DNA from: Bacteroidales bacterium
Lineage (GTDB): Bacteria > Bacteroidota > Bacteroidia > Bacteroidales > CG2-30-32-10
Reading direction: 5' to 3'
NCBI GenBank assembly: GCA_038214085.1
Contig: JBBQSF010000002.1
Location: forward strand, 1 to 52,540
DNA length: 52,540 bases
Part shown: positions 39,349-45,826 of the stretch, one piece after another
Position numbering within the stretch: the first letter of the stretch is position 1
How the letters are laid out: each line of letters opens with the position of its first letter
Translations under genes and position numbers: made by a program
Notes under the pieces: generated by a model
Databases searched by the model: none
What the model saw: only the letters and a program-made list of their open reading frames with translations
Told to the model about the DNA's origin: nothing

Positions 39349-40629
39349 ATGACAACAAAATTGTTAACTCGCTTTCTTGTTCTTTTAGTTACTGCATTCC
39401 TGATATTTTCTTGTGGTTTGGTGAATGCACAAAAAACAAAGGACAAACTTCAGGAAGACAAAACCAAGCTGGAAGACGACATTGCCTATACAAATAAACT
39501 TTTATCCGAAACCAAAAAAAACAAACAGGTTTCATTGAATCAACTCATTATTTTAAACAATAAAATCAATCAACGCGAAGAGCTTATCAATACGATAAAT
39601 AGCGAAGTAAGTGATCTGGAAAAGGAAATTATTGTAAATTCAAAAGAAACAGAAAAATTAAACAATAATTTAAAAGAGCTGAAGCAGGAATATGCTAAAA
39701 TGATTGTATTTGCATACAAAAATAGAAACTCTTTTACCCGCTTGATGTTTATTTTTGCGTCATCTGATTTTTATCAAGCGTTTTTACGAATAAAATACTT
39801 ACAACAGTACACGAAGTATCGGAAAAAACAAGCTGAAATGATTCTGACTACCGGAAAGCTGCTTGCAAGTAAAATGGAAGAATTGCTGAACATTAAAACC
39901 GGTAAAACAAAACTTCTTACCAATCAGGAGAAAGAAAAACTTTCCCTTGATGTTGAAAAAAAAGAAAAAAACTCTTCGGTTAAAACACTACAGAATAAAG
40001 AAAAAGAATTGGTAACCACGATAAAGCAAAAAGAAAAAGAATCGAAAAAGCTGAAAAAGGCAATTGAAAGCGTTATAGCCGAAGAAATAAAAAAAGCAAC
40101 AGAAAAAACAAAAAATGTTGATAAAACTTCAACGGATAAAATTACTACTACTAAAAATAAAACAGAAGTTAGCATCGAAATTGGGCTCACTCCTGAAGAA
40201 GTAATTGTGTCAACTAGCTTTGCTTCAAACAAAGGGAAATTACCCTGGCCTGCCGAAAAGGGTATTGTAACAAGCACTTTTGGAAAACATCCGCATCCTG
40301 TACTGGAAGGCATTACAATTCAGAACAATGGTGTGGATATTTCCACTACTGATGGCTCTAAAGCAAGAGCCGTTTTTGAAGGCAAAGTAACCGGAGTAAT
40401 AAGTATACCTGGTGCAAATAAAGCAATTATAGTCAGGCATGGCGATTACCTAACCGTTTATTCAAATCTGGCTTCTGTTTATGTAAGTACTGGCGACAAA
40501 GTAAAAGCAAAGCAGGAATTGGGGTTGATTTTTACAGATACCGACGAATCCAAAACCGAGCTGCATTTTGAAGTGTGGAACGGGAAAGTACTAACAGATC
40601 CAATAGGATGGCTTTCGCCAAAAAAATAA
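39349..40629 (+). CDS. EnvC-like murein hydrolase activator (coiled coil + degenerate LytM/M23 domain)
   Basis: ATG 39349 gives a signal peptide (MTTKLLTRFLVLLVTAFLIFSC). A ~250-aa coiled coil and then a C-terminal LytM domain follow. The M23 zinc motifs look degenerate: NNGVDI replaces HxGxD, and ELHFE replaces HxH. Confidence 0.82.
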   Translation: MTTKLLTRFLVLLVTAFLIFSCGLVNAQKTKDKLQEDKTKLEDDIAYTNKLLSETKKNKQVSLNQLIILNNKINQREELINTINSEVSDLEKEIIVNSKETEKLNNNLKELKQEYAKMIVFAYKNRNSFTRLMFIFASSDFYQAFLRIKYLQQYTKYRKKQAEMILTTGKLLASKMEELLNIKTGKTKLLTNQEKEKLSLDVEKKEKNSSVKTLQNKEKELVTTIKQKEKESKKLKKAIESVIAEEIKKATEKTKNVDKTSTDKITTTKNKTEVSIEIGLTPEEVIVSTSFASNKGKLPWPAEKGIVTSTFGKHPHPVLEGITIQNNGVDISTTDGSKARAVFEGKVTGVISIPGANKAIIVRHGDYLTVYSNLASVYVSTGDKVKAKQELGLIFTDTDESKTELHFEVWNGKVLTDPIGWLSPKK

Positions 40630-40655
40630 TTTTTATTCAAATTTAAAAATTTATA

Positions 40656-40663
40656 TATCTTTG
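40656..40663 (+). promoter_or_regulatory. Bacteroidota -7 promoter box (TATCTTTG) of the rSAM / Tyr-repeat operon
   Basis: It matches TAnnTTTG and lies 7 nt upstream of ATG 40671. Confidence 0.45.
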
Positions 40664-40670
40664 GTAAGTT

Positions 40671-41669
40671 ATGGCAAATATACTTCTTACACAAAAATGT
40701 GTCCGATCATGTCCATATTGTTTTGCGAAAAAGCACATGGCCGATGCGGAACCGGACGACACCCTTTCATGGGATAATTTAATTTATATCGCTGATTTAA
40801 TGGAACATTCCCGCGAAATGGGAGTGTCATTATTAGGTGGTGAACCAACATTGCATCCTGATTTTGTAAATATTGTTCTCTATATGCTTGAACGAAATTT
40901 TCATGTTAATGTGTTTACCAGCGGAATTATGAGCGAGAAAATGTTTTCAGAAATGGAACGAAATCTAAGCAATGTACCTTCTGATAGATTATCATTTGTA
41001 TGCAATGTAAACGATCCTGAAAAAACATCTTTTTCTGAACTTGAAACTGTTAGACGCTTTTTGAAAGCCTTTGGACATCTCAGCACAGCAGGATTTAATA
41101 TCTATAAACCGGATTTTAAATTTGATTTCCTTTTTCAGTACATCAATGAGTTTGGTCTACACAGACATTTACGCTTAGGTTTAGCACATCCAATTCCCGG
41201 AAAGCAAAACATGTATGTTCCCATTGATAAAATGCCTCAAATGGCAGAAAAACTCATTTCCTATTTGCCTCAGTTGGAAATGATGAAAGTTAAAGCTGGT
41301 TTCGACTGCGGTTTTCCTTTGTGTATTTTTACAGAAGAACAAATAGGAAGGCTTTACATGCACAACAAAGGACATTTAAGTTTTGGCTGCGGTCCCGCTG
41401 TGGATATTGGCCCTGATATGACAGTTTGGGGTTGTTTTCCATTATCAAATATTCACAAAAAATCCCTTTTTGATTTTGATTCAATGCAGGATATCCGCAA
41501 ATATTATATGGAAATACATCACAAAGTTAGGATTGAAGTTGCAGGTATTTATGAAAAATGTGATGAATGCGTTTATAGAGAAGAAGGTTTGTGTATGGGC
41601 GGCTGTCTGGCTCATTCATACAACCATTTTATAAAAGAACCCGAAGTACGACATAAAGGATTATTCTAA
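40671..41669 (+). CDS. Radical SAM enzyme with Cys-rich (SPASM/twitch-like) C-terminal domain
   Basis: The CxxxCxxC motif appears at the N-terminus (QKCVRSCPYCF), and the SAM-binding motif is LLGGEPTL. Eight C-terminal Cys are present, including FDCGFPLC, FGCGP, WGCFP and CDECVYREEGLCMGGC. Confidence 0.85.
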   Translation: MANILLTQKCVRSCPYCFAKKHMADAEPDDTLSWDNLIYIADLMEHSREMGVSLLGGEPTLHPDFVNIVLYMLERNFHVNVFTSGIMSEKMFSEMERNLSNVPSDRLSFVCNVNDPEKTSFSELETVRRFLKAFGHLSTAGFNIYKPDFKFDFLFQYINEFGLHRHLRLGLAHPIPGKQNMYVPIDKMPQMAEKLISYLPQLEMMKVKAGFDCGFPLCIFTEEQIGRLYMHNKGHLSFGCGPAVDIGPDMTVWGCFPLSNIHKKSLFDFDSMQDIRKYYMEIHHKVRIEVAGIYEKCDECVYREEGLCMGGCLAHSYNHFIKEPEVRHKGLF

Positions 41670-42538
41670 TGAGAGAACAAATATTAGTTTTTCAATACGA
41701 TCAGGGGTTACTCAGTAAGATTCATGAGAAGCCTATAATAGTAAAAGCCACTGATTACAGTCAATTGCATCAGATAATGGACGAAGCCAATCGGAACCAC
41801 AATCATGTACATTGTCTCGTTTTTAACCATAAAGGCGCTTTTTCAAATATTCCTTTGCAAAAGGAATGGAAAGGCATTCCTATAGCAATTTACGCAACAG
41901 ATTTTGGAAATTTTAAAGAGGTATTAAGTAAGATTCAACTCTTAAGAGAATTAAATTTGCGTGTTTTTCTTTCAACTGACGAAAAAGCCAATTTTACCAA
42001 TCTTCATATTCTGGCGTCACTGGGTGTAGATTGTGGGATTTATTTTGGTGAAAAACCGGTTGACTGGGAAAGTATGCATGATTTACTTTCGTATGCCATT
42101 TATAGCAAGGTTGGTCATGGCTCAATTGAACCATTTCATTATTTGGTTTCCGCATACCACCCGCATCGTTTTACCGAATTCAATACCATTTATTTTAATA
42201 ATCCTGAGCGCTATTTACATATCGACGAGGATGAAAATATTGCATTAAATGCTGTGGATTTAAAAGAGAAAAAATTTATTTCCAAAGGGCTGGAAAATAT
42301 TCAGAAGATCAGTGATGATGAAACTTACTATGATAAACTTTTTGAATGGCAAACCCATTTTCAGGATATTGCGGGCTGCTCAGTATGCCCAGCATGGAGA
42401 GTATGTCTTGGTAAATTTTCAGATCAGGTAAAAGACAATCCTGGTTGTACAAAGTTTTTTGAAGAATTAATGGATGGAGCTGATTTTTTTCTTGCTAGGC
42501 AAAATCAATCAAAAAATAAGGAATTATGGCAACCATAA
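41669..42538 (+). CDS. Accessory protein lacking CxxxCxxC but with a C-terminal CxxCx5C...C motif (pseudo-rSAM-like)
   Basis: It is 289 aa and translationally coupled on both sides: a TAATG overlap at 41669 and a 13-nt overlap with the next gene. There is no N-terminal radical SAM Cys triad. The C-terminus is AGCSVCPAWRVCLGKFSDQVKDNPGCTKFF. The function is unknown. Confidence 0.5.
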   Translation: MREQILVFQYDQGLLSKIHEKPIIVKATDYSQLHQIMDEANRNHNHVHCLVFNHKGAFSNIPLQKEWKGIPIAIYATDFGNFKEVLSKIQLLRELNLRVFLSTDEKANFTNLHILASLGVDCGIYFGEKPVDWESMHDLLSYAIYSKVGHGSIEPFHYLVSAYHPHRFTEFNTIYFNNPERYLHIDEDENIALNAVDLKEKKFISKGLENIQKISDDETYYDKLFEWQTHFQDIAGCSVCPAWRVCLGKFSDQVKDNPGCTKFFEELMDGADFFLARQNQSKNKELWQP

Positions 42539-43617
42539 TATTTAAGCCTACAGAAAAATGTAATTCCAATTGCATTTATTGCGATGTGGTAACCAGAAAA
42601 TCACCAAAAACAATGTCCTTGGATTTGCTGGAACATATTTTTAAAAATATCAATGAATATCTCCAAAAATTACCCCAGGAAAGAATTCAATTGATTTGGC
42701 ATGGTGGCGAACCATTACTTTTAGGAGAAGAATATTTTCTCAAAGCAATTGGTTTTCAGGAAAAGCACTGCCCCGAAACAAAAGACAGGATTGACCATGC
42801 CATGCAATCGAATCTGACTCTGGTAAAACAAAGTTACCTTGATATTTTTAAACGCATGGGAATGAACCAATTGGGCACAAGTTTTGAACCTTTACCCGGC
42901 ATGCGTGGTCCTGGAAAAAACCGCGATTCAAAAATTTATAATACTCAGTTTTTTAAAGGAGTTAGTCTTTTAGAAAGAAATAATTTCGGTTGGGGTTTTA
43001 TTTACGTTGTTACAAAAAGATCCTTAAAGAAACCTCTTGATATTTTTTATTTCTTGTCGAACATAAGGCTTAATGGCTGTTTTATGCTTAACCCTGTTCT
43101 GATTTACGGTGAGGACAAGGATAAAATTGCAATTACACCCGAGGAATATGCTGATTTTCTAGGTGCAATATTTCCTCATTGGTGGAAACACCGCGACCGC
43201 TTTCCAGATGTGAATCCTTTTAAGATGTTTACCGATAACATCATTGAGAAAAAACCTGTTCTTGGTTGTGCAGACACTGGTAAATGCGCCTACGGACATG
43301 TTTACATAGGGCCAAGTGGCGAAGCATCACAGTGTGGCAGAGCAGGCGACTGGGAAATAATTTCCTATGGCAACATCAAGGAACGATCACTTTTAGAAAT
43401 AATGAAAGATAAACAAAGGGAACAATTTCTTGAACGTGATGAAATTTTAAAAAATGGTGAATGTACCGATTGCAAATACTGGGAATTTTGTCATGGAGGT
43501 TGCCCTCTTGATTCCTACAGCAAACATAAGGATTTTGTGCATAAAACAGAGTGGTGTGAAGCCAAAAGGATTTTTCTAAAAAAATATTTCGAACCCATTA
43601 CCGGATTTACCGTATAA
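42526..43617 (+). CDS. Radical SAM/SPASM-domain maturase
   Basis: The CxxxCxxC motif is EKCNSNCIYCD and the SAM-binding motif WHGGEPLL. A classical SPASM C-terminus is present (GCADTGKCAYGHVYIGPSGEASQCGRAG ... GECTDCKYWEFCHGGCPLDS). Size and layout resemble AnSME-like peptide/protein maturases. Confidence 0.9.
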   Translation: MATIIFKPTEKCNSNCIYCDVVTRKSPKTMSLDLLEHIFKNINEYLQKLPQERIQLIWHGGEPLLLGEEYFLKAIGFQEKHCPETKDRIDHAMQSNLTLVKQSYLDIFKRMGMNQLGTSFEPLPGMRGPGKNRDSKIYNTQFFKGVSLLERNNFGWGFIYVVTKRSLKKPLDIFYFLSNIRLNGCFMLNPVLIYGEDKDKIAITPEEYADFLGAIFPHWWKHRDRFPDVNPFKMFTDNIIEKKPVLGCADTGKCAYGHVYIGPSGEASQCGRAGDWEIISYGNIKERSLLEIMKDKQREQFLERDEILKNGECTDCKYWEFCHGGCPLDSYSKHKDFVHKTEWCEAKRIFLKKYFEPITGFTV

Positions 43618-43626
43618 GAATAAATT

Positions 43627-44532
43627 ATGGCTAAAATTTCTGCAACAAAAACAAAATTGCCAAAAGCAAAAGAAACAAGCAAAAAAAAGGAGAAGGAACC
43701 TCTCTGGGTTAATCCAGTTGGTGGTTTTGGAGATATTCTAATGCTTTCAGGAGTTCTGAAGCTGGCTTATGATAAAGACCCATCACAAAAGTATAATCTG
43801 ATAAGGCGCACCAAATACTCGCATTTATTGCAAGGTCATCCTGCAATAGATAAAATTGGATTTCCGACCAAAAACGACAAAATATTGGATACAACTTACT
43901 GGTCGGACGATGTTTATGAAAAAGGAGAAGAGAGAGCCTATCAGTTGCTGGCAAAATCATTTGGATTGAAAACACCAGTGGATGAGAAATTATTTGTAGC
44001 TGGAGATTTGGAAATAGATCCTGTTTTGGATAAGCTAATTCCTTGGAAGAAAAAGAATGTAATTATTTCACCTACATCAGATTCGCCAAGAAAAATGATG
44101 CATCCGATGATATGGCATAATATAGTTGAATTCCTTGTGCAGCAAGGGTTTCTTGTTATACAAGTAGGCGTATCAAGGGATATACACATAAAAGGCGCGT
44201 ATTCCTTAATAAACTTAACTACTCCAAGACAATTGATTTCATTAGTTAAAAAATGTAATTTTGTTGTTAGTTCTGATAATTTCATCATGCATGCTGCTCA
44301 TTTGGTAGAAACTCCTGCGGTAGTTGTTTGGGGTCCAACAAAAGCAAATGTATATGGTTATGCTGAACAAGTGCATATTCAGGCTCCGCTTGATCATTGT
44401 AATTTAAAAAATGAATGCCTCGGACCAAAATATGCGCAAAATTATGCTACAATGTGTCCCCTTGGTCAAGAGCATTGTATTAGTAAAATTAGAATTGAAG
44501 ATATTATTCATCATATAAATAACTTATTGTAA
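43627..44532 (+). CDS. Glycosyltransferase family 9 (heptosyltransferase-like)
   Basis: The N-terminal GGFGDILMLSGVLKLAY and the C-terminal VSSDNFIMHAAHLVETPAVVVWGPT resemble the two conserved GT9 blocks. It is 301 aa. Confidence 0.7.
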   Translation: MAKISATKTKLPKAKETSKKKEKEPLWVNPVGGFGDILMLSGVLKLAYDKDPSQKYNLIRRTKYSHLLQGHPAIDKIGFPTKNDKILDTTYWSDDVYEKGEERAYQLLAKSFGLKTPVDEKLFVAGDLEIDPVLDKLIPWKKKNVIISPTSDSPRKMMHPMIWHNIVEFLVQQGFLVIQVGVSRDIHIKGAYSLINLTTPRQLISLVKKCNFVVSSDNFIMHAAHLVETPAVVVWGPTKANVYGYAEQVHIQAPLDHCNLKNECLGPKYAQNYATMCPLGQEHCISKIRIEDIIHHINNLL

Positions 44533-44550
44533 AACCAATTCTTAATTAAT

Positions 44551-44715
44551 ATGGATCAAAATCTTGAAAACATGGACCCCAAAAGCCTTGAGCAACAAAA
44601 TCAAGGAAATGATCCCAAGTTATCCAGAAGAGATGCTCTTAAACGTGCAGCCAAACAAACTTTGGGTCTTGCAGGACTGTTTACCGTACTTCCAGCATTT
44701 TCTGCTGTTGCGGGA
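44551..44715 (+). other. Predicted twin-arginine (Tat) signal peptide
   Basis: The RR motif is at 44623-44643 (tcc aga aga gat gct ctt aaa). The h-region and AVA-G cleavage site end at about residue 55. Confidence 0.6.
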
Positions 44716-45129
44716 TTGACAAATAACGAAGAAAAACTTCCGGCTTATTACGACTATTATAGTTACTATTCTAACTACTATAGTTACTATTCTAACTATT
44801 ACAGTTATAGTTATTCGAGTTATAGTTACTACAGCTACAGCTATTACTACAACTATTACAGTTATAGCTATTACTACAACTATTACAGTTATAGTTATTC
44901 AAGTTATAGTTACTATAGCTACAGCAACTATCAAAATTACTATAGCTACAGCTATTACTACAACTACTATAGCTACAGCTATTACTACAACTATTATAGT
45001 TACAGTTATTACTACAACTATTATAGCTACAGCTATTACTACAACTACTATAGCTACAGTTATTACTACAACTATTACAGCTACAGCTATTATAGCTATT
45101 ACAGCCAGAACCAGAATCAACTTATTTAA
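44551..45129 (+). CDS. Tat-signal-bearing Tyr/Ser/Asn repeat protein, the putative substrate of the rSAM cassette
   Basis: Residues 25-31 (SRRDALK) match the twin-arginine consensus S/T-R-R-x-F-L-K. A hydrophobic h-region (TLGLAGLFTVLPAF) and an AxA site (SAVA|G) follow. Residues 66-185 contain 73 Tyr, 34 Ser, 11 Asn, 1 Asp and 1 Gln by hand count. The repeat units differ only at synonymous sites, so the ORF is under protein-level selection. Confidence 0.78.
   Translation: MDQNLENMDPKSLEQQNQGNDPKLSRRDALKRAAKQTLGLAGLFTVLPAFSAVAGLTNNEEKLPAYYDYYSYYSNYYSYYSNYYSYSYSSYSYYSYSYYYNYYSYSYYYNYYSYSYSSYSYYSYSNYQNYYSYSYYYNYYSYSYYYNYYSYSYYYNYYSYSYYYNYYSYSYYYNYYSYSYYSYYSQNQNQLI
44746..45105 (+). repeat. In-frame 27-bp tandem repeat array encoding YYSYSYYYN, with an 84-bp higher-order unit
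   Basis: There are seven perfect YYSYSYYYN units, five of them consecutive at 44938-45072. Two 28-aa higher-order units read YYSYSYSSYSYYSYS(YYYN/NYQN)YYSYSYYYN. Unit-to-unit DNA differences are TAC/TAT and AGC/AGT only. Confidence 0.92.
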
Positions 45130-45148
45130 AAGGTTCCTAAATATTTAC

Positions 45149-45182
45149 GAAATTCCGGTGTAAAACCCGGAATTTCTTTTTT
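45149..45182 (+). terminator. Rho-independent terminator closing the rSAM / Tyr-repeat operon
   Basis: A perfect 10-bp stem (gaaattccgg / ccggaatttc) has an 8-nt loop and is followed by tttttt. Confidence 0.78.
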
Positions 45183-45194
45183 AAATTTTTATAT

Positions 45195-45362
45195 ATGTAT
45201 TTATTGTTTTTTAATCGTTTAGGTGTAACTGAAATTATATTAATTTTGGTAATTATACTTTTACTTTTTGGCGGGAAAAAAATCCCTGAATTAATGCGGG
45301 GCTTAGGTAAAGGGGTTAAAGAATTTAAAGATGCAAAAAGCATCGAAAACGAAACAAAATAA
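45195..45362 (+). CDS. tatA: Twin-arginine translocase subunit TatA/E (short paralogue, 55 aa)
   Basis: It is absent from the ORF track, probably because it is under 60 aa. My hand translation is [55 protein letters not shown]. It shows the canonical TatA TM helix, hinge and amphipathic helix. Confidence 0.8.
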   Translation: MYLLFFNRLGVTEIILILVIILLLFGGKKIPELMRGLGKGVKEFKDAKSIENETK

Positions 45363-45381
45363 ATCAACTTAAACTTTAATT

Positions 45382-45600
45382 ATGCAAAGAATTGGTGTTA
45401 CAGAAATCATTTTAATACTTCTTATAGTATTGTTGTTATTTGGAGGGAAAAAAATCCCTGAACTTATGAAAGGTCTTGGAAGAGGAGTTAAGGAATTTAA
45501 AGACGCCTCCAAAACAGAGACCAAAACTGGAGACGTTAAACCTACCGATGACAAAGAAATTGACAGTAAACCAATTGTTGAAACAGAAGAAAAAAAATAG
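45382..45600 (+). CDS. tatA: Twin-arginine translocase subunit TatA/E (72 aa)
   Basis: The sequence is [44 protein letters not shown], followed by an acidic/Thr-rich tail. Confidence 0.9.
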   Translation: MQRIGVTEIILILLIVLLLFGGKKIPELMKGLGRGVKEFKDASKTETKTGDVKPTDDKEIDSKPIVETEEKK

Positions 45601-45631
45601 GTTTTTAAGAAAATAAAGTCTTTTATTTATT

Positions 45632-45662
45632 AAAAGGGCACTCTCTGATGAGTGCCCTTTTT
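45632..45662 (+). terminator. Rho-independent terminator after tatA
   Basis: The stem gggcactc / gagtgccc has a 6-nt loop, an A-tract upstream and ttttt downstream. Confidence 0.72.
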
Positions 45663-45826
45663 GAGTAATAAACAAGTTATTAACAATGAATTGTTGTTTA
45701 AAATCAGTTAACGGTAAACTTCATTTATAAAATATTTTGTATATTGCAGTCATTATAAGCAATAACATCAACAAGTACATCGTTTCTATTAAACAAAAAC
45801 CATTGTCTATCTAAAGTATAAACAAT

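Noticed and set aside
44746-45105. A regular 27-bp periodicity that could suggest a CRISPR-like or satellite array.
   Set aside because: There are no unique spacers between the repeats. The array is in frame with an upstream signal peptide, and the units differ only at third codon positions. It is a coding tandem repeat.
44899-45120. A 73-aa minus-strand ORF made almost only of Val, Ile, Ala and Thr (VIAIIAVAVIVVVITVAIV...), which looks like a striking hydrophobic peptide.
   Set aside because: It is the reverse-complement mirror of the TAY/AGY codon array (TAC->GTA Val, TAT->ATA Ile, AGC->GCT Ala, AGT->ACT Thr). It has no signal, promoter or context of its own. The plus-strand frame is continuous with a Tat signal peptide and shows only synonymous variation.
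45137-45554. Two minus-strand ORFs (45137..45367 and 45369..45554) with similar sequences (LNSLTPLP...SGIFFPP).
   Set aside because: They are antisense shadows of the two tatA paralogues. Their mutual similarity reflects the tatA duplication. The plus-strand products have the canonical TatA sequence.
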